In this document: positions 28,727 to 41,100 of the stretch, one piece after another | How positions within the stretch are numbered: position 1 is the stretch's first letter | Layout of the letters: every line of letters starts with the position of its first letter | From: Octopus sinensis | Lineage: Eukaryota | Reading direction: 5' to 3' | Assembly: GCF_006345805.1 (NCBI RefSeq) | Contig: NC_043000.1 | Span: 86,738,001-86,802,000, forward strand | Length of the DNA: 64,000 bases | Made by a program: the position numbers and the translations under genes | Notes under the pieces: generated by a model | The model's input: only the letters and a program-made list of their open reading frames with translations | Database searches by the model: none | Told to the model about the DNA's origin: nothing

Positions 28727-28968
28727 GTAGTCTCCCATGTATACAAGCCTCCACTCTCCATGCCACCGATGTTATCCAAGGGAATGTTAAGGGCCGATAT
28801 AGGTTGGCACCTGTGACGTTGCAACTCATTTCTACAGCTGAGTGAACTGGAGCAACGCGAAATAAAGTGTCTTGCTCAATAACACAACACGATGCCTGGT
28901 CCGGGATTCAAGCTCACAACCTCACGATCGTAATTTCACCACTCTAATCACTGAGCCATGCGCCTTCA
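28727..28968 (-). mobile_element. tRNA-derived SINE sharing its head/core with the 6081 pair but carrying a different 3' tail
   Basis: The reverse complement gives GAAGGCGCATGGCTCAGTG...TTGAGCAAGACACTTTATTTCGCGTTGCTCCAGTTCACTCAGCTG; CpGs are retained. Confidence 0.85.
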
Positions 28969-28972
28969 CATA

Positions 28973-29007
<35 letters not shown>

Positions 29008-30389
29008 TATATATATATAAAGATAGAGATAGATAGATAGATAGATATTTATAGATAGATAGATAGAGAGATATTTATAGATAGATATTTATAGATATAT
29101 ATATATATAGATACAGAATATATATATATCTATATATAGATATATATATATAGATACAGATATATATATATATTTATATATAGATATATATATATAGATA
29201 CAGATATATATATATTTATATAGATATATATATATAGATACAGATATATAATATATATGTATATCTATATATATATATATCTAGTATATATATATATATA
29301 TAGTATATATATATATATATAGTATATATATATATCTAATATATATATATATATTGCATATTTTATATAATGTTTTGAAAACTAAATTACCATGCTTATG
29401 TGTCTGCTGATCAGACAAGTTTATATTGGATATTCTTTTACAGTAGACTGTGTGTAATTGCACTCCTGTTTTCATTCTGAGCTTTTTTATTATAATCCAT
29501 GAATGCACATGGAGGTATATTCACTCAGTCACATGCACTCACACATGCACAGTGTGATTTGTTACTACTGTCTAATGAACCATTATGTTGAATGCTTAGT
29601 ATGAGTTTGTGAATTTTTTTTAGTCTTAGTTACGCACACACACACACATGCATGCTTACGTACATATTCGTCATTTAACATCCAGTTTCCATGCTAGCAT
29701 AGACTAGACTCTTTGCATCAAGCTGCACAATGCTTACATGTGGTTAGTTTTCAACTATGTGTGTAAACCATGATCTTGCTACAAAATAGTGGGATTCACA
29801 TCAATTTGACATGCTAGATTCCTAGAATGTCTACACAAATTCTAAAGTATGGTGTTTTGTTGTTTATTAAATACACTATGAATAGTAATTAAGTCAGTTA
29901 AATTTGTATTAGTAATTGCAGGTAATCTCTCGTTGATTCACATTAGTTGCACTACATATATGGAATGCTTGAATGGTTACAAAAATTCTAAAATGCTGCT
30001 TTATGTCTATAAAATAGTAATTAAGTCAGTTAAATTAGTTATAGTAAGCATTTGTTTAAAATTGTGATTTATTTTATAATTGGACAAATGTAGCTTGCCA
30101 TTTCAAAGCAGACTCTTCTGTTAAATACCAAAGGATATTTTGTTTACATACATATTCAACAACCTTGTCTGTGGCCTCACTAGTGGTGGTGTTTTGAAAA
30201 GAGGACCCAGTACACTGTTAAGTAGTTAGCACAGTCCTCTGGCTCAGTGGTTCCTGTCAAACCATCCAACTCACACCAGCATGGAAGACGGTCATTAAAT
30301 GATGATGATGATTGATGTGTGTGTGTGATGAGCATCTTCAGTTTCCATCTAATTTCCTTCACAAGTTACTTCATAGATAGATAGATTAG

Positions 30390-31190
30390 ATGTGTGTGTA
30401 AAATAGGTTTTTCACCGAAACTAGGAAACTTTTCATTGTAAATGATGTAACTGTGAGAATCATTAAAAGAAGCAAAGGAGACCTGTTAACCAGTTTAATT
30501 TCAGGATCTTAATTTCAAGCACACATCATACATAAATGCATGTTGGAAGAGCATTTATTTGGATTAGTTTTTAATGGGAGTGATGTTAAAACTGGAAAAC
30601 ACCTTGACACAGACATAATGATGTTTGATCAATAGGTGAAGTGTTCAGCAATTTAACTGTTGAAGAAATTGAGGTATTGTTTGTGTACCAGCAATTTCCT
30701 AATGCCAAAAATAAGTTGGATGCTGATGAACCAGTTTCACTGATTGCTGCAAATATTTAAAAAGGATGGTAAATGGTAAGAAATCTGGAAACTCATTTCT
30801 TGAAGAATGACTCTAATATGGAATACAGTTTGAATATTTAAGGTGAAACAATCCGTTGTTAAGCAACATGCGTGGGGGTGAGGAGCATGAACGCAAATAC
30901 TAGAAAAGAATGAAATTAGCATGCTTTGTTGGATGTTCTGTATCAGTTGCACATACAACAAAGTGCAAATGTATTGAGAGAAAGAGTGGGCATGAGAGGC
31001 ATCAAATGTAATGTGTAAGAGAAAGGACTGCACTGGTCTAGTCATGTGTTGCATACATACGAGGGCCATTGCATAAAGTGGATGAGATCTGTGGAAGGTA
31101 GAGACCCAGAAAGTTGCAGGACAAAATAGTGAAGACTGACCTTGGGTTTTTGAGCCTCATAGAAGATTTGCAATTTTCTTTGTTAAAGAA
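30390..31190 (+). mobile_element. Decayed RTE-clade LINE, RT 3' part
   Basis: Remnants KNEISMLCWM, SANVLRERVGMRGIKCNV*EKGLHWSSHVL and VKTDL match the RTE ERNE..MLRWM...RRLRWYGHV region (recalled). Confidence 0.75.
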
Positions 31191-33499
31191 GATTGATCCA
31201 CCTTTGGAAAAAATGAGGTCTTTAAAGTCTACCATTTTGTCTATTCCCCTGAATTCAAACTGTCCCCATAACACATCTCCTTAACACCCATCCCTTTATC
31301 ACTCTTCTGATTACAGTGCTTTCTCAGCTGCTGTAATTATAACAGAGTGGGGTTGCACATGTTTTATTTCCTATACTTTTGTGCTACTAGTTTCTCCTCT
31401 TCTTGGAACCAGCTTCCCCATATGACACACCTTGCATTTTCAGTATCATCACTATTGAACATCATCCCATGTCAGCCGTCAACCCATTCACCCACTTTTG
31501 TTTGTCATTATCTCTCTATTCACTCCTACCTAACTCTGATCTCTGCCCTTGTCACTGAGCACTCCTCCCTCTCTTCCTCTACACTTCACATCATCTTCCT
31601 ATTTCTCATTTATATGGTCTTAGTACAATGATGCTCTCCACTCATCTTTTTTTTTACTTCTTCCTCCTTCCTGATCCACTCCTGGTCCTTTCATCTTCAT
31701 GGGTCTTAACGTTTCTGATATTAGTCCTTCATCACAGGAAAAGAAAGTAAAAAAGAAATATTTGTGTCTGGAAATGGACATAAGGGAGAAATAGTGTGTT
31801 AGTGTGTGCATGGATGTATGCAAGTGCAGAAATATGGTAGTATTGTTTAGTCAGGCAGTGGAAGGACATTGGTGTGTGTGTGGTTGTTAAGTGGGTAGTG
31901 TGAGACTGTGTTAGAATGTATGCAGGAATAATTGTGTTGAAGAAGTACACAAGATGGCAAGAGCAAGTTAGAAAGTGTTGTTTATGTGTACGAGTGCATA
32001 AACAAAAACAAGTAAAGGTGTAAAAGTAAGTTTTTTTTGGCATTCAACTATGAAACATTGAGGCAAGATTTATGCTAACATTCAGAAAAGAGAGAAAAAT
32101 GTTTTAGAATGTTGAATTATGAAATGAGAAATAAAATCTGAAAAATTGTTGGGAAGTTCAAATATTTGGTAAAATTTCTGTGGAATTGGTGAGAGGAATC
32201 TTGAAGATGATAAAAAGTATCTGGGAACAGAGTACAATCCAAGAAAATGATGCATGAGGGGAAAGAGCAAAACATTGTTACACATATGTTGCAGGGAAGA
32301 AAGAAAATAGTTAACAGAAATGAGAGGGAAGAACAAATGTATTTTTTATTTTTTTATTTCTTAAGAAAAAAGCAGATGAAAAAGGAAGCAGCAGAAGAAG
32401 TGGGTGGGTATGTGGGTGTGTTTGTAGGTTAAAGAGTGAGTAATGGTTGAGTAGAAGTGACAGATGAGATGCGGAAAGAGAAAAAAATAATTCAAAAGTG
32501 AAAATCAAAACAAGAAATGCTAAAGTATAGAAAAATGTATGTGAAAGTGTGTGTGTGTGCGCACACATGCATGTATGTGCGCGTGCACACGTGTGGGTCT
32601 GTGTATCATTGTGTATATGTGTGTATGTATATGCATGGATAAATGAAGGGTATGAATGGCCAAAAGTGCCAGTGAGTTTGTTTGTCTTATGTAGGGTATG
32701 TGAATCAAAGACAAGAGGGTAAGTACTCAGAGGTGTGTAGATGCATGTATAAGGGTGTAAATGTATAGAGGCTGATGGCTTGGAGATAGGTACAAGTTTG
32801 CATATGTGAAAGCTGTCAGTTGGTGTATGTAGGGAGAGTGATTGAGGGAGCATAAAGAATGAGTAATAGAAGGATTGGTTGGATGCATGTGCAGATAGAG
32901 TTCGGGGTGTATGTATTTCTAGAATTGGCAGGGGTGTGCAGGCTACAAAAAGCAAAGGAATGAAATTAGACCAAAGGATGGGTAAGTTTTGAGAAAGAAG
33001 GTGAGTTGTTCCCTCTGGAAGTCACTAGCAGGAAATCCACTGTTACAGGCCAAACTGAAGACAAAATGAGGTTTAGGCATCCCATTGCCAAGTCAAATGT
33101 CTGAGGTACTCTGCAAAGCTGTCAGACAATCAGTAACCAGTTAATCTCAATTCATTTCTGTAGCTTTTGTACTGCACTACAAAGCAAGCAACCAATGGAT
33201 GATTACTTCCCTTCACAAATCCATGAGTAAAAACTACATCGATGGTATCAATGTCTCATACTTTCTGTGATCTCATATTACACTTTGGTCAGTTACAATG
33301 GTGGAGTATCTTTTGTGACATAAATTGTGGATGAATAAATGCTAATTTCTGGCAGCAGAAATTTAGCAAATTCTTTGAAAGGAATTGTTTATTCCTCTTC
33401 CTGTTAGTAACATCTGTGTATACATAAATATATGTAAATACACATACACATGAATCAGAATACTAGAATTTCTGGTTAGTGTTCTCTCAGTAACACAAC

Positions 33500-34900
33500 T
33501 CTTGTAAGACCACTGTCCAGCATGACCCTCAAACTTCCTCACCTTCCAAACTGCAGCTTATCCTTTTGATTCCTGCCAAGAGTGTCTCTGCCAATTTTGC
33601 TGAACCTTTTTGTCCTCCTCTTCTTAACAATGGTAACTCTGTAAGTAGTACCTCAATGGGCAGATCCTCCACCTTAGCTGCCCACTTCGCATCCAGTTCT
33701 ACACAATTTACTGAGTCAGTTCTCCCATCAAACCCTCCATCTTTCACTCCAATAGGTGGGGAACCTATTGCGTGAAAGATACCAAGCTACTTAAAACAAA
33801 CAAGGTCATCAATTCAGGCAATGTCATCTTCATTACACTTAAAGAATTCACCCCCAGAACTTGCCCCTATACTCATCAATTTTTTAAAATTTATCACTCT
33901 CTATAGGGACCTACATTTGGATGTACACCTCAGTGCATCCCCATTCCAAAGAAAAGTGAACTCTTCTAACCCAGTCAACTATCTTTCTACTTCTTTCAAC
34001 TCTGACATTACCAAGGTAATGGAGACAGCCATTAGGAATGACATTGTCCATTACCTTGAATATCTCTCTCCCCTGTGACCCTAATATGGTTTCCACTGGT
34101 GACCTATTCTCATATGTCACCAGTCTGCTGTTGCTTTAGAGAAGTTCAGTGAAAGCAATGTTGTTGCTCTCGACATCAGTAAAGCTGTTGATCATGTCTG
34201 ACATCCATATCTCCTACCAAAACTTCTCACCTATGAGCTCTACTCATCTCTCATCTCTTGGATCAGTAGTTTTCTATCTCATTGTGGCATGTGTTAACAG
34301 AGCTCTACCTACCCAACTCTCAGTTAACTTTGGTGTTTATCAAAGTTCAGTTCTCCCCCCTCACTCTCTTCCTTCTATATATCAATGACCTACTTGCTTT
34401 CGCATTCAACAACACCCATTTTTGTGCATATGACACAACCCTTCACTTTCCCCTAATTTTCCCAACCATGCATTCTCTACACACAACATATGCCAGCCCT
34501 GCATTGTTTCTATTAACAGCGTCCATGAGAGCATCTCCCAGTGGAGCCATGCCAACCTTTGTCTCTTTTAATTGCAAAAACACTCGATCACTACTCATAT
34601 CAAGAAATCCTCACCACACCATTCTCTCACCAAATATGAGTGACAGTCAGCTGGACCCCTCATAGTCACTCCAAATGCTGGGCCCACTATTACCAAAGAT
34701 CTCTCCTTACTCAAGCATTTTCTTAGCATATCTAGGACTGCATCCGAAAGAATGTCTCTTCTCTTTTGGGCCAGAAGATACTTCAGCTCCCTACAGTAGC
34801 TAACACTTTGCAAGGCTCAAGTGAGGCTCACAATGGAGCATGACTCTCACATCTGGGCTGGTGCTGCTGTTACACACATTGACACTATCAGTCTCACCAG
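33500..34900 (+). mobile_element. Decayed CR1/L2-group non-LTR retrotransposon RT
   Basis: In order: PELAPIL, SNPVNY, KVMETAI, VVALDISKAVDHV, GVYQSSVL, TLFLLYINDL, FCAYDTTL (YADD remnant), FNCKNT, ARRYFS, KAQVRLTMEHDSHIWAGA. Stops and frameshifts throughout. Confidence 0.9.
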
Positions 34901-35477
34901 TCTTGGAGGGCATGTAAGGGTCATAAGCTTTGTCTTTCCCCCCTGACTCAGCAAATAAAGAAATACAAAGAAACTAGCGGTGATCTATATTAGCAAAAGA
35001 TTTTAATGGTAAAAGGTAGCTTTGTAAGTTTCAATGTCAGTTGGAGAAGCATAATGGTGTTTTGGACCAAGCCATGTGAGAGAGAGAGAGAGAGAGACAG
35101 AGAGTGTTTCTTTTGTTCTTAGTACATTAGAGTGTTGAAATAGTAAAGATTTCATTTCCACTAACACATGGAAGAGAAAGTGAAGCTGGAGGTGAAGAAA
35201 GAATAATATGAAGGAAAGGGGAGGGTTATTGGTCTTTGTAATTTTTGCAGCGTGTGTCAGGTGAAGGTCAGTGATCTGTGAACAATTTTTTTCTTATTTT
35301 AATATACACATTTATGTCTACACACACATATATATATATATATACATATGAATATTTAAATTTAACTCAGTAGCTCTCATATTTTCATGCATACTAAAAA
35401 CTGAAACTATTAGCTCACATGTTGTTTATACACACACATATCAATTTATTTGTTTGCATATATGTATGAGTGTATGT

Positions 35478-35538
<61 letters not shown>

Positions 35539-35729
35539 GCAGCATTGATGAATATTCAAGAAGTTTACTTTGCAGTCATTGTCTTGGGTTTAACCCAACC
35601 CTTATGGCTGAAACTGGATAGGTGGAAATTGTGTAGAAACTCAGTGCTTGGATTGTACTTGTAAAAGCCAACATTATCACAAACCTCATCACATGGATTC
35701 TGCTTTAGGACTATAACAAAGGTATACAC

Positions 35730-35787
<58 letters not shown>

Positions 35788-36980
35788 AGTTTGATCCTTT
35801 AGCTCAAATTAAAGTATGTTACACTTAATAAATCAGCTTCATAATTATAGTGTCAGTATTATCAGTTAAGTAGATATTTATATCATATTTGTATTTCCTG
35901 TAAAATTTCTATTTTGCTAGAGTTCTGATGGGGCAAGATACTTTTCAAACACATGTGCTTCCGGTAACTATCAGAGCTTTTACAAGGACAATAAATATAA
36001 TATTAATAAAGAAAATTCTAACAAGAAAACATATCTTCTTTTACTTATATTCAAGTATATCATAATTAACTATAAAAAACAATTTAAACAATTTTCATCT
36101 TGTAGTAGTTCCAAAGTTTTTAACATTCTCAACAGCGTACTCCATTTTATCATTCAAACCATAATATAGGCTTCCTATCTATTCTATAAATGTATTTTTA
36201 ATTTTTAAAACTGAACTTTATTATTATTATATTATTATTACTATTACATGAAATTCACCTTTTTATCTTATAAATGCGTATGTTTATTTTTTGAAATTTC
36301 ATTATAAAGTCTCTTGACAATGTAATATTTTTTTTTTTTTACATATTATTGTCAATGACCTTAATGTCTAGCCTACCATTATTGGATTGCAAGGTTGGAG
36401 GTGGGCAGCAAAGGTATCCAAAAATCAAGTTATCAAAGTGTTCCAATAATGTGCAATAAAATAATTGTGTGTGTGTGTGAGCATGTGTGTGTGTGAGCAT
36501 GTGTGTGTGTGAGCATGTGTGAGCGTGTGTGTGTGTACTATATATAGAATAGACCATGTGCTCAGACTCTGAAGATTGCTTGGAGACACAAGGTATGTTA
36601 TAAAAACCTGCCTAGACACACGTTTCCAATGCAAGAAACTTTCAGTAGCTCATATCTTTATACTGTGTACATTAAATATCTATCTATATATATATATACA
36701 CACACACACCAGCAATTTCATCTAATTTCTTTGTGTCTAAGCTAAATATTCTCATTAGATAAATTCCAACATTAGATTGCTACTTCTGTTTATGGCTGGC
36801 AGGGTGAAGTAGTTATTGGCTTCAAACAAAAACAAAAAAAAATTTTTAATATTCTTAGATAAAAATATATTTTGATTGAGTTTGTACTTTCTGTCCAAAT
36901 GTTTACATTGCAATAATGTCAGGAAAAGTTCTGACAACCAAGAATGTAACCAGTATGATTTGTTTATTATTATTATTATT

Positions 36981-37180
36981 CAGAATCATTAGGGCATTGG
37001 ATAAAATGCTCGGTGGCATTTCTTTCAGCACTTTACATTCTAAGTTCAAATCCCACCAAGGTCAACTTTGCCTTTCATCCTTTTGGGGGTCGATAAAATA
37101 AAGTACCAGTGAAGTATTGGGATCAATGTAATTGACAAGCCCCAACCCTACTAAAATTGCTGGCCTTGTGCCAAAATCTG
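36981..37180 (+). mobile_element. tRNA-derived SINE (GCCTTTCATCC...GATAAAATAAAGTACC family)
   Basis: B-box-like AGTTCAAATCCC; colinear with 55916-56126. Confidence 0.8.
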
Positions 37181-38116
37181 TAATTGTAATTATTAGTTTA
37201 AAAGTTATGGATTTTCATTTGAGTCTTCCTTCAAGTTTAGTTGACTTTTCGATGATACAAAAACTTCAATATTTGTATGCAGTGATATCTAATTTAGTGA
37301 ATTTTTTATATACTGAATTTAACAAAAACAAGTAACTGGTGCTTATTTAAAATATTCTTGAAATGCAATACCACTTTCACAGAACTAAAATTTCAGCAAC
37401 ATTCAAAAATCATTTATTGATCAAGACAAATAAATTATTGAAACTTTAAATCATTTGTTTAGCTTAAGGCAGTTCAAAAGACTTTTTTAACATTTCAACC
37501 CAACAATGATAGAAATATCACTTGAAATTATTGTAATTGGAATAACTCACATTATATTAATCAACTCCATTTCCTTAACTTAATTTTTTGAGTATTTGAA
37601 ATCAAACATGTAGTTTGATGATCATTCTCTTTACATTGTAATTGTACAAGTATCAGTGATTGTATTTCTAATGGCAGTCTTCTAACATCTTATGAAACAT
37701 TAATTATACAACTATTATTCATGTCACCAGTCATAGATTTTATTTTGAAAACAAATTACTGTTGTTGCAATGTTTATTTCTTCAGAATTAAATTTTGGTC
37801 TTAGAATTTTTATTATATTATACAAACTATGTTTGATCATTTTATTCTTCAGGTATAAACTAATTTTGTACTTCAACTTGACTGTATATCAATTATACTG
37901 AATTTAGAAATTATCATCAGTTGTGGAAACTATTATTATGTAGTTATCTCATCTGATTTTCCTTCCAAAATAAAAATGAAAAAAAAATCTGATAGAACTG
38001 ATTTTATTGAAAGTGCCTCACCATGGGTTGGATTTGAATGGTCTACCTCTTCAAAATAGTTAATCTTTTTTTTATATGTAATATATATATATATATAATA
38101 TACATATGTATAAATG

Positions 38117-38171
<55 letters not shown>

Positions 38172-41100
38172 GCTTTGTTAAACATTGAAGACCAAAGAAT
38201 CTTAAACTATTATTAATATAGTAAAGTTTGAAATCAATTTAATGTGAAATGTGATGCTAATCTTTGCATATTGCCAAGTGTTCAATAAAAAGAAAAAAAA
38301 AGCTGCTATTCTTTCTCTATCAATTAGGGTTGGTTTGGCTCATTGTAGTGTTAACATGAGCTTTTACACATGATTTCTAAACTAACCATTTCGTTTGTAT
38401 TGTTAACTTGGTGAAAATAACAGCAGGATGTATTTAAATTTTGGACCAAAATAGGTTTTAAAATTGCTTATTCCTGTTTGTACATATATATGATGTCATG
38501 AACAAGGCAATAATAAAATAGATTACTGTACAAATTTCTACAGTCCTTGTATGTTCTGAAACTATTTTTGTCAAACTGCTGTTACCTAGTTTACAAATAT
38601 TCATAGAATTTGTGATTATTACTGCCAGCTGTATTTTACAATTTTCAAATCTATAAAACTGAAAATTCTCTTAGGAATTTTACATGTTTTTAATGTTTGT
38701 TGATTAGTCCATCTAAACAATACCAATACAGATATCAAAAACAAAAAAACAATTAAAAAAACAGTTGTTAATTTGTTAATGTTGGTGAGGATCTAATTAT
38801 AATTAACCATTTAGTTTATGATGGTTCTGATCCTCTTACCACTGAAACTGATGAAAATATTTACATAAAGTGAACTGCTTTTTTGAGGTTGAAAGAAGAG
38901 AAGAAAATCTGAACAATATTGACTCTTGAGTGCACATACCTTTTTTTTTTTTATAAGTATGTGTACTCTTTCTCTTTCTCTCTCCCTCCTTCTATCACAA
39001 AGGTAGCAATGTTACTATGGATAGTATGTTTTAGTTCAATCTGTGTTGTATACAATTGTTCATAATTGAATCATTGTACGCCTGCTTCCCATTGTGCCTT
39101 GTATGGGCCATCTGAAGTATGCTCAAGGAAAATAAACAAGGTGTCATCTTTCTCTTTACTTCTCATTTATTTTTTATGCTTGCATAATCTTTAACTTCTT
39201 TTTTAAAATGATCCACTATTTTTTCTTTGTCAATGTTTGTTGTTTCTCTTTACTTTCCTTTTATTCTTTGTATGCTTAATGTTATTGAGCTGTAATATCT
39301 TAGCTTCAATACGTATCGGAATTTTAATGTTTTAACAGATTTTATGCTGAAACATTAATATTGTTATAATTTTGGGTTTGTTGAAAAATGATAACACTCG
39401 GAGTGCCTTCAATAAACTATAAAATAATGGTAATTTGCTCTTTAAATTAATTAGCCAACTTCTGTAACAAATCATCTGAGTAATTTCATATATTTCCTTC
39501 TGTAACAAAATATAAATGGGAGATAAAGCAATGTTTCATTGTTTTTATATATCTGATTAGTAAATAAGTTCTGGGTTGATTAGTTCAATTGAAAGTCTTG
39601 AAGGTGGTCCCGCAGCATGGCCACAGTTTAATGACTGAAACAAGTAAAAGATAAAAGACAATAGTATAATTATCATAATAATATATACTAATTATAAGTA
39701 AGACATAATTATCAACCATACTATCCCAAAAATTTGAGATAAGCTGTTTATTAAATAATTTAGTATGTCTGCATATTAAAGATGGTTGTTATTATTTGTG
39801 TTTCTGTTCCTGAATATGATGAAAATCTATTTAAATAATTATACAACTGTGACTAGCTTCTTCAATTTTGAAAGAACTTCAGTGGTACAGTTTAAATTTA
39901 ATTGTTCATTGTTAATTTTCAATTATGCTTCTTTTTGCTTGATTAGATATGACAGAGTTACTGTTGAGCCAAGTATAATAATCTGCAGTGATTCTACATG
40001 TCTTTAATTTACTGCATCTCAGTGACCCTTGATTGAATAGTGCAAAGACTTGTAATTACCTTAGCTTAAGAATAAAACTGTTACAAAATGAAGTTTCCTT
40101 TCATTTATGTTTATCGCTAGAATTATTGATGTTAATAAGAATCATTGTGTATTGATTGATTGATTGATTATAAATATATGAAATGAAATAAATGCAAGTT
40201 TCAAAGCTAGGTTAAAGTCATTGCCTAACACAAGATTCAAATTTGCAAAGCAAAATTTGCTGGGAATGGCATCAGTTTATTATTGATAAAATTACCATTA
40301 GTACCTTTTCTACCCTGGAGGACAATTTAAATACGTAATGTTAAGTGTACTGGCCAGAGCCACAACAAAGTAACTACTGTGTGAGATATGAGCAAATACT
40401 GCCCTGTGACTTTGTTGTCAAATACATTATTGAATTTGTCTTTACAAAGATTTCTCTGGTAATTAGAACTTACCATATGAGAGAACATTTTCAATTAATG
40501 AAAGAGCATTTTCATTGAATGTAAAACTTAAGTAGAAGAAATAATCATTGACTTTTAATACAGATTGATATTAATTATAGTAGGTTTTGGCATCCATTTA
40601 ACTTTCTAATAAGATCAGTTTGATTGTATAAATTGAAGTAACAACAGAATTGAAAATGCTTAAAAGGTTGGCACATATTTAACAACTAAACTATATTTAG
40701 TTGTGTTAACAGATAAGATACAGATAAAGTTTTACTGAGTTAAGATTCATAAAATTAATAGGAGTTATTCATTTACATATCCATTTTTTGTCTATACCCA
40801 TTTTATGTTATTAAACAACCATAATAACTTTAGATATGGTTTTAGTGTCATTTTCACTTAAATATGGTTCCTATGACAATTTCAGAAACTGAACGGTTAA
40901 AAGCGGAATATTTTACCAAAGCCAGCACACAACTTTGCACAGAATTTGATTTATGTGCCCTTTGGTAAATAGATAATAATCTGGCCACTGTTAACTCATT
41001 GGCTTGTAGTTTTCATATAGCTCATTAAGTTTGTAGTAAATTTAAATTGCTTATGTTTATTTCTTTCTTCATTTACTGTGTTTGTATGTTATATAGTTTG

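Larger units (their letters stand above)
25218..29350. repeat. About 4 kb complex (TA)/(TG)/(TAGA) microsatellite array spanning an assembly gap and a SINE
   Basis: Directly visible low-complexity sequence; source of the Y/I/C/V/M-rich pseudo-ORFs. Confidence 0.97.

Noticed and set aside
25258-28845. Long ORFs up to 324 aa rich in Y/I/C/V/M/H/T
   Set aside because: They are translations of (TA)/(TG) microsatellites, open in many frames on both strands simply because stops are absent.
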